Made by a program: the position numbers and the translations under genes. The notes under the pieces were generated by a model. The model was not told the origin of the DNA and searched no databases. It saw only the letters and a list, made by a program, of their open reading frames with translations. Shown here piece by piece: positions 55,367 through 64,000 of a DNA stretch of 64,000 bases. The stretch comes from Chitinophagaceae bacterium (GTDB lineage: Bacteria > Bacteroidota > Bacteroidia > Chitinophagales > Chitinophagaceae). Position 1 is the first letter of the stretch. Each line of letters opens with the position of its first letter. The stretch is taken from assembly GCA_033762195.1 (NCBI GenBank), contig JANRLV010000150.1:30064-94063 (forward strand), written 5' to 3'.

Positions 55367-56125
55367 TCAATTATATCTCCAATACTCGGCTGTCTCCTTT
55401 TTGGGGGCAGCCTTTTTCATGGTGTTACGGTCTTCTGAAAAAATCTCGGAAAGTTCCCGGCGGGTAGTATGTACCTCTTCCAGTTTTCGTATCCGCTTGT
55501 TTTCGGTGACAAGACCTATAGCGAGAATGGTATTGTAAAGAATGGATACGATAAAATACAGCATAAAGGTATCTTCTGTGGCCTTTACCTGGAGTAAATA
55601 GTGAATGATATAGATAATCGTAAAGCAGGAATAGGCAAGGAGAATGGCTGAGGCCAGGATTGCTTTTCCATATGCCTTTTGATAGGTGGTGGCGATCTTA
55701 ATGCGATGTATGAAAAAGGTAAAACTAAAGAAAAGGACGAGGGCCAATCCGGGTGCCATGGAAACAGCGATCGTATCCACAGTAAGTTTCTGCATATACA
55801 ACAAAACACCCACCTCAAACAGGATATAAAGCAGGGTTAGCCTTTTCATCCATTTTCTCTGATTGGTTGTTTTGGCAAAAAGAAGCAGGAAGGTCATCAT
55901 CAGGGGTACATCAACGAGGTTATTGGCCAGGCCAATGAAGTTTTCTACCCGGGTTGGCAGGTTGATGATGTCTTCTGTCATCAGGCTATAGGCAAAAGCG
56001 ATAAAACAGTAGATCAGAAGAGCCAGATATACCCGAAACCGGTACAAGCGGAAATACGCCAACAGGAATACCGGGGCAAACAATGCAATCGTTGAAAGTA
56101 GACCTATAAAATACTGCGTGCTCAT
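55367..56125 (-). CDS. Polytopic membrane protein, hypothetical (about 7 TM + charged cytoplasmic tail)
   Basis: Assigned from the hydrophobicity pattern only. Confidence 0.45.
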   Translation of the reverse strand: MSTQYFIGLLSTIALFAPVFLLAYFRLYRFRVYLALLIYCFIAFAYSLMTEDIINLPTRVENFIGLANNLVDVPLMMTFLLLFAKTTNQRKWMKRLTLLYILFEVGVLLYMQKLTVDTIAVSMAPGLALVLFFSFTFFIHRIKIATTYQKAYGKAILASAILLAYSCFTIIYIIHYLLQVKATEDTFMLYFIVSILYNTILAIGLVTENKRIRKLEEVHTTRRELSEIFSEDRNTMKKAAPKKETAEYWRYN

Positions 56126-56238
56126 GGTCTGGTTTTGATAGGATAAGTGTTTCTATGTAAAAATAACGGCCGCCACCCTTAGCTGTTGCATGAATCGTAA
56201 CCTTCTTTTTAAAATAAAGTAAAACCGCTCCGACCCCG

Positions 56239-56266
56239 CGTATTTTTACGCGAATTTTTTATGTTA
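56239..56266 (+). terminator. Orphan intrinsic-terminator-like hairpin CGCGTA-TTTT-TACGCG followed by a T-run
   Basis: Seen in the intergenic region upstream of korB. No + strand gene ends just before it. Confidence 0.3.
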
Positions 56267-56402
56267 TTTTTTGGATTCTAAGGTTTTATAAGGAATTTTG
56301 CCGGGTTATCCAAGGACGAAAATCAGGTCATTTTTTGCCAAATTGCGATCTTCTTCCTCCCGGAATTTTGTTAATTTTCAGGTCAAATTATAATTCCAAC
56401 AA

Positions 56403-57434
56403 ATGTCTGCAGAAGCTGCCCAACCAATAGCCTTGACCGCCAAGGATTTTGCTACCGATCAGGAAGTGCGCTGGTGTCCCGGATGTGGCGATTATTCCAT
56501 TCTCGCCCAGGTTCAGAAAGTGATGCCTACTTTGGGTATTCCCAAAGAAGATATCGTCATCGTTTCTGGTATCGGATGTTCTTCGCGTTTCCCCTATTAC
56601 ATGAATACGTATGGGATGCACTCGATCCATGGTCGCGCTACCGCGATTGCCAGTGGATTAAAGGCTTCGCGCCCGGAGTTGAGTGTATGGATCGTTACCG
56701 GTGACGGCGACAGCCTGAGTATCGGCGGTAACCATACCATCCATTTGTTGCGCCGCAATTTTGATGTGAATGTTTTACTTTTCAATAACCAGATTTACGG
56801 GTTGACCAAGGGCCAGTACTCTCCTACATCAGAAATGCAGAAGGTGACCAAGTCAACTCCCTACGGAAGCATTGACCATCCTTTTAATCCCCTGGCCCTG
56901 GCCATGGGTGCGGATGCTACTTTTATTGCCCGTAGTATGGACCGTGACCCCAAACATATGCAGGCCATGCTGCTCCGTGCAAGTCAGCATAAAGGTTCTT
57001 CGTTCCTGGAGATCTACCAGAATTGCAACATCTTTAATGATGGTGCCTTTGAAATATTTACAGAAAAATCTACCAAAGCCGAAGAAACCCTCTTCCTGGA
57101 ACAAGGCAAACCCCTTGTCTTTGGCGCCAATAGCGACAAAGGGATCAAGCTCGACGGATTCACCCCCAAAGTGGTTTCACTAAGTGAGGGGCATAGTGCC
57201 GACGATCTCTGGATCCATGATGAAGGGGATATCTATAAAGCACAGGTGCTGGTCCGCATTTTCGATGATCCTCGTGCAGGTAACCATTTGCCCAGGCCCT
57301 TTGGTGTATTCTATCAAACACAACGCCCCTGCTACGAAGACATGATGGCGATTCAGGTTGATGAAGCCAAGGCCCGGAAGCCGGCTGACCTGGATAAGCT
57401 GTTAAGGGGGAATGAGGTTTGGACGATCAACTAG
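56403..57434 (+). CDS. korB: 2-oxoacid:ferredoxin oxidoreductase beta subunit (TPP-binding)
   Basis: 'RWCPGCGDYSIL', 'SGIGCSSRFPYY' and 'GDGDSLSIGGNH' are KorB/OorB signatures. Confidence 0.9.
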   Translation: MSAEAAQPIALTAKDFATDQEVRWCPGCGDYSILAQVQKVMPTLGIPKEDIVIVSGIGCSSRFPYYMNTYGMHSIHGRATAIASGLKASRPELSVWIVTGDGDSLSIGGNHTIHLLRRNFDVNVLLFNNQIYGLTKGQYSPTSEMQKVTKSTPYGSIDHPFNPLALAMGADATFIARSMDRDPKHMQAMLLRASQHKGSSFLEIYQNCNIFNDGAFEIFTEKSTKAEETLFLEQGKPLVFGANSDKGIKLDGFTPKVVSLSEGHSADDLWIHDEGDIYKAQVLVRIFDDPRAGNHLPRPFGVFYQTQRPCYEDMMAIQVDEAKARKPADLDKLLRGNEVWTIN

Positions 57435-57442
57435 TGCAATTC

Positions 57443-58018
57443 TCAAATTATTTTAAAACTCTTTCGGTGATACGCGCATAGCCCGTGTTCCTCGATCGCT
57501 TTGCGGTGGGCCAGCGTTCCATAGCCTTTATTGGATAGCCAATTGTACTGCGGAAATTCTTCATGCAGTTTCTTCATGTATTCATCCCGGTGCGTCTTTG
57601 CCAGAATCGAAGCAGCCGCAATGGAGGCATAGGTTCCATCCCCTTTTACAAAACACCGGTGGGGGATACCAGGGTATTTGATAAAACGATTTCCATCAAT
57701 GAGCAATAATCCCGGACGTTGTGAAAGCCCGGTGATGGCCTGATGCATGGCCCGGATAGAAGCCTTTAATATATTGATCTCATCTATTTCCTGATGTGAA
57801 ACAGAGGCCACCTGCCAGGCAATGGCTTTTTCTTCGATCACGATGCGGAGTTCATCCCGGTGTTTTTCCGGGATCTTTTTAGAGTCGTTGAGCAGGGGAT
57901 GGTAGAAATCGGGCGGTAATATGACCGCCGCGGCAAAAACCGGTCCCGCATAACAACCCCGCCCGGCTTCATCACACCCGGCTTCGATCATATATTCCTG
58001 GAAAAATGGCTGGAGCAT
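57443..58018 (-). CDS. rnhB: Ribonuclease HII
   Basis: RNase HII motifs 'GCDEAGRGCYAGPVFAAAV' and 'DSKK' are present. Confidence 0.92.
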   Translation of the reverse strand: MLQPFFQEYMIEAGCDEAGRGCYAGPVFAAAVILPPDFYHPLLNDSKKIPEKHRDELRIVIEEKAIAWQVASVSHQEIDEINILKASIRAMHQAITGLSQRPGLLLIDGNRFIKYPGIPHRCFVKGDGTYASIAAASILAKTHRDEYMKKLHEEFPQYNWLSNKGYGTLAHRKAIEEHGLCAYHRKSFKII

Positions 58019-58180
58019 TTACTGGGGCAAATTAGGGAATCCCGTTTATTAAAACCATAACCCCTGATGTCCCAAAAGTTGGTAGCGGAAACCTGTACCG
58101 GAGATTGCCGGGTAATCTGGTAAAATAAGTTGAACAAAACCAGGTAAATCCTTTTACCGCATTCTACCTTTGCTCCCTGT

Positions 58181-59248
58181 ATGGAAAGGCAATTTGAATC
58201 AGCAGGAGCAAAGAAGGTAGCGATCTGGATCCTTATCGGGGTAGCCATGGTCATTGTGCAGGTAGTATTGGGTGGAGTTACCCGGTTAACCGGTTCTGGT
58301 CTCTCCATTACAGAATGGGATGTGCTTACCGGTACCCTTCCTCCCTTGTCGCACAGCGCCTGGTTAGCTGCATTTGAAAAATACAAAGCCACCCCTCAGT
58401 TCAACCTGCTCAATTTTGACATGACCCTGGGGGATTTCAAATTCATTTATTTCTGGGAATGGTTTCACCGGCTTTGGGCCCGTTTGATCGGCGTGGTATT
58501 TTTGATCCCCTTCTTCATCTTTTTGCGAAAAGGATATATCCGGTCCAATATGGTCAAGCCATTGATCATTCTCTTTTTACTTGGTGCCATGCAGGGAGCT
58601 GTGGGTTGGATCATGGTGGCGAGTGGGCTGGAAGGTGATGCGATCTATGTGGCACCCATTAAACTCGGACTTCATTTTGTACTGGCCCTTACGCTCTTTG
58701 CCTATCTGTGCTGGTTTGCCCTACAGCTTTGGATACCTCGCCAGGAGATTCGTGTACACCGTGGAATAAACACACATACCTGGGTGATCCTGATCTTACT
58801 ACTGATTCAGCTATTCTTTGGCGCCCTGATGGCCGGACATAAAGCCGCGACAGCCGCCCCTACCTGGCCCGATATCAATGGTGAATGGATACCTCAACTT
58901 GTACTTCAGCCGGCAGATGGTTGGCTAAGCCTGGTAGAAAACCGGATCACCATACATTTTGTCCATCGGGGGATCGCCTACTTATTGTTCTTACTTGTAA
59001 TATGGCAGAGCATCCGGTTGTATCGATTCTCCCGTCGCCAGGGTTTAATTGGTAAAACGTGGTACTACCCGCTTATGTTGGTCTTGCTACAATTACTGCT
59101 GGGTATTTTATCCGTTTTAAAAAGCCCGGGTATCGTTCCTGGTCGTTGGGGATTGTTTGAATGGATGGCGCAGCTTCATCAAATAGTGGCCATGTTTTTG
59201 CTATTATCCCTGCTGATGAGCGCTTACCTGATGCGGAGAAAAGCCTAG
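58181..59248 (+). CDS. ctaA: COX15/CtaA family haem A synthase
   Basis: It has 8 TM helices with conserved His in 'EWFHRLWARL' and 'IHFVHRGIAY'. Confidence 0.85.
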   Translation: MERQFESAGAKKVAIWILIGVAMVIVQVVLGGVTRLTGSGLSITEWDVLTGTLPPLSHSAWLAAFEKYKATPQFNLLNFDMTLGDFKFIYFWEWFHRLWARLIGVVFLIPFFIFLRKGYIRSNMVKPLIILFLLGAMQGAVGWIMVASGLEGDAIYVAPIKLGLHFVLALTLFAYLCWFALQLWIPRQEIRVHRGINTHTWVILILLLIQLFFGALMAGHKAATAAPTWPDINGEWIPQLVLQPADGWLSLVENRITIHFVHRGIAYLLFLLVIWQSIRLYRFSRRQGLIGKTWYYPLMLVLLQLLLGILSVLKSPGIVPGRWGLFEWMAQLHQIVAMFLLLSLLMSAYLMRRKA

Positions 59249-59295
59249 AGTGTTGTATCTTTCATAGCGCCTTCCCGGTTAAACAATCTTCCTGC

Positions 59296-61548
59296 ATGAA
59301 GCGAAAAGCGATTCAAAGCTGGTTCAGCGGACTTCTCTATTCATTTCCCGTGCAATTGGTATTCCTGCATTTCAGGAAGTACCAGATTCTTCTGTTGTTC
59401 TGGTTCATCCTTTTCACAACGGTCAACAGTTCTTTCATGCATGGGTTTGGTGCCGACTCGCTTTACCTCGCCCCTGAATACCTCGGAGATGTGAATGCGG
59501 TAGCATCTGCCATTGTCGGAATGGCTTTTGGAATGTTCATCATGAGTTGGAATATTACCACCTTTATTCTCTTTAGCCGACAGTTTCAGTTTCTGGCCGC
59601 CACAACCAATCCATTTTTAAAATACTGCATTAACAATAGCCTGATCCCGATCTTTTTTCTTGTATTTTATTTTTTCAAAGCTTATTCCTTTGGCCGGTAT
59701 AAAGAATTATTTACAACCAATGAGATACTCTTTCTAACCGGCGGCTTTTTATTTGGGCTTGTGTTGATGCTGGCTGCTTCTTTTGCGTACTTCTTTGGGG
59801 CCGATAGGACGATCTTTAAACGATTACAACCAATCATCAATAATCCCAAGGAATATATCCAAACCCTTAAACCGATAGCGCGAGAGGTTAGTGACGATAG
59901 CCTGATGCGGGTAAAATCTTACCTGAACACGCCTTTATCCCCGGCCAAGCCCCGAAAAGTAGGACACTATACCCGGCAATACATTGATACCGTTTTTAAA
60001 CAACACCACTTTGCCGCCGTACTCTCTGTATTCATCGCTTTTCTCTTTCTCATCCTCATTGGGTTTTTTCTTGAAGTACGGTTGTTTCAGATCCCAGCTG
60101 CTGCCAGCATTACGGTGGCTTTCGCCATTCTGATCGGGCTAAGCGGAGCCTTTACTTATTTTTTGCAAAGCTGGAGTATACCTTATCTCATTTTGCTCGT
60201 GGTTGTCTTGAATGTTTTTTACCAAAAAAACTGGATCGATCCGCGTAACAAAGCTTATGGCCTCAATTATCAAAACAATACTGAACGGCCGGTATATGGG
60301 CAGGAGACATTGCGCCAGCTGGCTTCACCGGCCAATATCACGGCTGACAGTTTGCAAATGATCGGCATATTGGAAAAATGGAAAGCCCGGCAGAAAGAAG
60401 AGAAACCGGTATTCACCATTTTATGTACCAGCGGAGGAGGTACAAGAAGCGCCACCTTTACCCTGAGTACCCTTCAGCAACTCGACAGCCTGACGGGCGG
60501 GGAGATCATGCGCAATACATTTTTGATTACAGGTTCATCCGGTGGAATGATCGGTGCCACATATTTCCGTGAATTGTACCGGCAGCGTGAACTTGGCTCA
60601 CCCATTAAGGTACAAGACAAAAGGTATGTGGATGATATTGCCCGCGATCTGTTGAATCCTTTGTTTTCTTCTTTTGTAGCCCGTGACCTGGTTTCACCGG
60701 CGCACAAATTCAAAGTTGGGCCGTATACCTATGCCAAGGACCGGGCCTATGCCTTTGAAAACAAATTGGATGAAAACACGCATGGTTTTTTAAATAAGCA
60801 ATTGGGTGATTATAAAGAGGACGAAGCGAACGCACGGATACCATTGATCTTTTTTAATTCGGTGATCACGCGCGACAGCCGCAAACTGGTGGCGTCTACA
60901 CAGCCCGTCCGATTCATGATGCAACCTCTGCAGGATTCTTTACGTGTACCCAGACTGGAACCCGATGCACTTGATTTTGTCAGCTTTTTTGCTCAACAGG
61001 ATCCATACAATCTTCGGATATTAACTGCCCTTCGAATGAATGCCACTTTCCCGGTGGTATTGCCTAACGTTTGGCTGCCATCCAAGCCGGTAATTGATGT
61101 GATGGATGCCGGGTTGAGGGATAATTATGGACAGGAGACCGCACTCCGGTTTCTCACTTTCTTTTATGATTGGCTGCAACAAAATACAAGAGGAGTGATG
61201 ATCATCCAGATCCGTGACCGCAAACCCGGTAGTTGGGATTATCCCTTTGAATCGGAGAATGTCACCGATCATTTGACCAAACCATTCTTACTCCTGCAAC
61301 ACAATTGGTATAAGATGATGGAGTTTTCCCAAAATGACGTACTTAGTTATTATGCGGCACAACATCCTAGTGCGGTTAAGATCAATTTTCTGTATACATC
61401 GGCCAAAGAGGATAGCAAGGCGGCATTGAATTTTCATCTTACCCGCCGCGAAAAAGCAGATATTCTTCAATCAATCCGCTCACCTTATAACCAGGTGATT
61501 TTTTTACGGGTAAAGGAAATATTGACAAAACCTAAGCCGGACAAATAA
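59296..61548 (+). CDS. Patatin-like phospholipase with large N-terminal polytopic membrane domain
   Basis: The oxyanion motif 'CTSGGGTRSA', the nucleophile 'GSSGG' and the catalytic Asp in 'DAGLRDNYG' are present. The first roughly 330 aa are hydrophobic helices. The start was chosen at the ATG at 59296. Confidence 0.8.
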   Translation: MKRKAIQSWFSGLLYSFPVQLVFLHFRKYQILLLFWFILFTTVNSSFMHGFGADSLYLAPEYLGDVNAVASAIVGMAFGMFIMSWNITTFILFSRQFQFLAATTNPFLKYCINNSLIPIFFLVFYFFKAYSFGRYKELFTTNEILFLTGGFLFGLVLMLAASFAYFFGADRTIFKRLQPIINNPKEYIQTLKPIAREVSDDSLMRVKSYLNTPLSPAKPRKVGHYTRQYIDTVFKQHHFAAVLSVFIAFLFLILIGFFLEVRLFQIPAAASITVAFAILIGLSGAFTYFLQSWSIPYLILLVVVLNVFYQKNWIDPRNKAYGLNYQNNTERPVYGQETLRQLASPANITADSLQMIGILEKWKARQKEEKPVFTILCTSGGGTRSATFTLSTLQQLDSLTGGEIMRNTFLITGSSGGMIGATYFRELYRQRELGSPIKVQDKRYVDDIARDLLNPLFSSFVARDLVSPAHKFKVGPYTYAKDRAYAFENKLDENTHGFLNKQLGDYKEDEANARIPLIFFNSVITRDSRKLVASTQPVRFMMQPLQDSLRVPRLEPDALDFVSFFAQQDPYNLRILTALRMNATFPVVLPNVWLPSKPVIDVMDAGLRDNYGQETALRFLTFFYDWLQQNTRGVMIIQIRDRKPGSWDYPFESENVTDHLTKPFLLLQHNWYKMMEFSQNDVLSYYAAQHPSAVKINFLYTSAKEDSKAALNFHLTRREKADILQSIRSPYNQVIFLRVKEILTKPKPDK

Positions 61549-62428
61549 GCCGAAAACAACCCGGTTTGATCTCAATTTCCAGCTCATCAGGCGTATTGGC
61601 CGGATCGCCATCAATGTGCATGGGTGCCTGGTCCTTGTTGATGATGCGTAGTGAACGGGTTTGAAAATAAATGATCGGTTGATGGAGGGAAGACTCCAAT
61701 CCTTTTAATCGTCCGGCCAATACCTGTCTGATCAGGTTGAAAAGCAGCATGGGCTTGGCTGTTTTTTTCACAATGACCACATCCAGCATGCCATCTGATA
61801 AAAGGGCTTCGGGTGCGATCGTTACATTATTTCCAAATTGATTGCTATTGGCGATACTGATAAAGAAAGCTTCACTGGTAAAGCGGAAGCCTCCGTTTTC
61901 AATGATGAATTGATAGGGTTTTGCCGAAAAAAAGTTTCGGCTGACCAGGGAAGCATAAGTGCCTAATCCTCTTTTTGGTTGATGCGAGAATTCATGGGCT
62001 ACTTTGGCATCAAATCCTAACCCGGCCAGCATACAGGCGAACTGTCCATTTAGGGTAAAACCATCAATGGCTCTGGCTACTCCGTCAAATATAACAGCCA
62101 GTGCTTTTTTGGGATCTTTTGAGATGCCAGCTGCCAACGCGAGGCCATTTCCCGATCCGCAAGGGATGACACCAAAGCGAAGGTCAAGGTCCATCAAACC
62201 ATTCACGACCTGGCTTACCGTGCCATCGCCTCCGGCAATCGCAACATCCGTAACCCCTTCTTCTTTTACTATGGGATGAAGAAAACTGTAATCACCGCTG
62301 GCGACGCTTGGATAAATTAAATAGGGGATTCCCCGTTTCTGCGTTTCTTTTTCCACGAATTGTTGAAGATCCGCTTTGGCCCTTGTGCCGGATATCGGGT
62401 TGATGATATAGAGGATCTTGCGTGGCAT
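61532..62428 (-). CDS. Diacylglycerol/lipid kinase family protein (YegS/BmrU-like)
   Basis: DAGK catalytic-domain motifs 'ILYIINPISG' and 'IAGGDGTVSQVVNG', plus 'IPCGSGNGLA'. Confidence 0.88.
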   Translation of the reverse strand: MPRKILYIINPISGTRAKADLQQFVEKETQKRGIPYLIYPSVASGDYSFLHPIVKEEGVTDVAIAGGDGTVSQVVNGLMDLDLRFGVIPCGSGNGLALAAGISKDPKKALAVIFDGVARAIDGFTLNGQFACMLAGLGFDAKVAHEFSHQPKRGLGTYASLVSRNFFSAKPYQFIIENGGFRFTSEAFFISIANSNQFGNNVTIAPEALLSDGMLDVVIVKKTAKPMLLFNLIRQVLAGRLKGLESSLHQPIIYFQTRSLRIINKDQAPMHIDGDPANTPDELEIEIKPGCFRLICPA

Positions 62429-62473
62429 GGGGGAGCGAAATTATCGAAATATCTTGAAACGTGAGGGGTGAGA

Positions 62474-62510
62474 CGTGAGACGTGAGGCTTCTCACGCCTC
62501 ACGTCTCACG
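62474..62510 (-). terminator. 15-bp perfect hairpin built from GTGAGAC heptamers, downstream of fabH
   Basis: The arms at 62474..62488 and 62496..62510 are exact reverse complements, with the loop 'ttctcac'. Confidence 0.65.
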
Positions 62511-62533
62511 TAGTCTTCCGCCCCATCGCTCCC

Positions 62534-63583
62534 TCACCACTTCAGCAACGCACTCGCCCAGGTAAACCCGCTACCAAACGCTGCGAGGCAAACGAGATCG
62601 CCTTTTTGTATCAGGCCATTTTGCCAGGCTTCGCAGAGGGCGATGGGCACGGAGGCGGCGGTGGTATTTCCGTAGCGTTGGATATTATTATAAACCTGAT
62701 CATCGCGGAGACCGAGTTTTTTCTGTACAAACTGACTGATACGTAAGTTGGCCTGATGCGGGATGAGCACTTTAATATCAGCGGGTGTATATCCATTGGC
62801 CTGCAGGGCTTCCATGATCACAGCCGGAAATTTTTCCACGGCGATCTTGAAAACAGTTGGCCCATCCATATTGGGAAAATTTTGTGCGTTATCGATCATC
62901 GCATGGCTCATGAACATTTCCCCAATCTCCGCTTCGGTGAAATCGGCCAGTTTTTGTGAGGACCAGTGATTGGCATGTGTGCCGGGATTATACATGGCAA
63001 GAATTTCCGCATTGCCACCATCGCTGTGAAGGTGGGAACTCAGAATGCCTTGTTCCGGGTCATTGGTGGGTTGTAATACCACTGCACCAGCGCCATCGCC
63101 AAAGATCACAGATACATTTCGGCCGCGGGTAGAAAAGTCAAGACCAAAAGAATGTTTCTCACTCCCGATCACCAGGATATTTTTATACATACCGCTTCGG
63201 ATGAACTGATCTGCCACACTAAGGGCATATACAAAACCGGAGCATTGGTTGCGTACATCGAGGGCACCGATCTCTTTCATTTTTAATGCCCGTTGAACCA
63301 GTACGCCACAACCTGGGAAATAATAATCGGGAGATAACGTGGCGAAGACAATAAAATCAATATCCTGCGGGGTGATGCCAGCCCTTTCAATAGCTACTTT
63401 GGCGGCTTCGATGCCCATGGTGGCAGTAGTTTCTTCGGTACGATGCGCGTAACGACGCTCTTTAATACCTGTTCTTTCCTGAATCCATTCGTCACTTGTT
63501 TCCATGTATCGGGTAAGGTCCTGGTTGGTCATTACATTCGATGGGACATACATTCCGATGCCAGCGATAAAGGAGCGGGGCAT
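62534..63583 (-). CDS. fabH: Beta-ketoacyl-ACP synthase III
   Basis: The Cys-His-Asn triad appears in the contexts 'NQCSGFVYAL', 'IPHQANLRI' and 'YGNTTAASVP'. Confidence 0.92.
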   Translation of the reverse strand: MPRSFIAGIGMYVPSNVMTNQDLTRYMETSDEWIQERTGIKERRYAHRTEETTATMGIEAAKVAIERAGITPQDIDFIVFATLSPDYYFPGCGVLVQRALKMKEIGALDVRNQCSGFVYALSVADQFIRSGMYKNILVIGSEKHSFGLDFSTRGRNVSVIFGDGAGAVVLQPTNDPEQGILSSHLHSDGGNAEILAMYNPGTHANHWSSQKLADFTEAEIGEMFMSHAMIDNAQNFPNMDGPTVFKIAVEKFPAVIMEALQANGYTPADIKVLIPHQANLRISQFVQKKLGLRDDQVYNNIQRYGNTTAASVPIALCEAWQNGLIQKGDLVCLAAFGSGFTWASALLKW

Positions 63584-63628
63584 AAGCGATCGTTTTGGGG
63601 AGGGAAGTTAGGGTAAAATCGCGATTTA

Positions 63629-64000
63629 CTATTCACGCTCCACCACTCTGAAAAACTCCCGGTCAAATATTCCGAAATAGGTGTCGGCATCAAATTCTTC
63701 AAAATAGGGAATGAACTTGCGTAGGTTTTTGCGTACATCTTCCGGATAAGCGAGCAGATAAGCCATTTTATCTTCTCCAAAAGGTCGGATCGACACCTGG
63801 GTGGTTGGCGCGGGCATCCCATTGATGCCATACATCTTATTGGCGATTTCACTGGCATTGGGATAACCCCATTTTTGCATCCGGATTTTCAACCAGGTAT
63901 CAACGATCTCCTTTTCCATGTGGTCAGTATATACGGATTGGTAAACACGCTGGGCGGATAATGTATTTTGCTGAAACAGATCGAGAGTAAGCTGGCTGAT
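63629..64000 (-). CDS. Hypothetical protein, 5'-partial (frame open to the window edge)
   Basis: There is no in-frame stop between 63919 and 64000 on the minus strand, and I recognised no family. Confidence 0.4.
   Translation of the reverse strand: MSQLTLDLFQQNTLSAQRVYQSVYTDHMEKEIVDTWLKIRMQKWGYPNASEIANKMYGINGMPAPTTQVSIRPFGEDKMAYLLAYPEDVRKNLRKFIPYFEEFDADTYFGIFDREFFRVVERE

Noticed and set aside
59161-59295. N-terminal extension of the patatin-like ORF overlapping the ctaA 3' end
   Set aside because: The extension overlaps ctaA coding sequence. The ATG at 59296 gives a sensible N-terminus (MKRKAIQSWF...) followed by a TM helix.
1-64000. Mobile elements, prophage or genomic island
   Set aside because: No ORF on either strand contains integrase, transposase, recombinase, phage structural or conjugation motifs. 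The only tRNA-like sequence has no adjacent integrase.

Overview
The window looks like an ordinary chromosomal segment of a Bacteroidota genome, probably Chitinophagaceae- or Sphingobacteriia-like. That placement is my inference from gene content, fused ccoNO, the ACIII operon layout and TAnnTTTG-type promoter boxes. The centre, about 21.5-46.9 kb, is one large aerobic-respiration supercluster on the + strand. It runs Alternative Complex III (actABCDEF), then an aa3-type cytochrome c oxidase set (subunits II and I, cyoE, two subunit-III proteins, subunit IV, SCO, DUF420), then, after one minus-strand ORF, a cbb3 oxidase set (ccoI P-type ATPase, ccoS, fused ccoNO, ccoQ-like, ccoP, ccoG, fixH, TauE-like). 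The flanks are housekeeping and accessory genes: mtgA, tag, pnuC, an NRK-like kinase, nfu, fic, an ECF sigma factor, a UvrD-type helicase, a NarL-type two-component system, purN, trmB, asnC/lrp, an ABC permease, a GT2, marR plus an acyl-CoA dehydrogenase, korB, rnhB, ctaA, a patatin-like lipase, a lipid kinase and fabH. I saw no transposase, integrase, CRISPR array, rRNA or canonical tRNA, and I found no convincing novel multi-gene system such as a defence island. Three things the protein genes do not explain stand out. (1) A roughly 160-nt tRNA-like/tmRNA-like RNA lies on the minus strand at about 48441..48602. (2) A dispersed family of GC-rich, self-complementary repeats built from short tandem units occurs at several loci. 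Three copies reach into ORFs, and one is an in-frame insertion inside a kinase gene. (3) Smaller oddities include a homopolymer frameshift at the 3' end of a saccharopine-dehydrogenase-family gene, a 53-nt tandem palindromic array over the fic start, and an MGMT-fold protein without the catalytic Cys. All start codons are estimates made by eye, and all family assignments are motif recognition from memory, not database searches.
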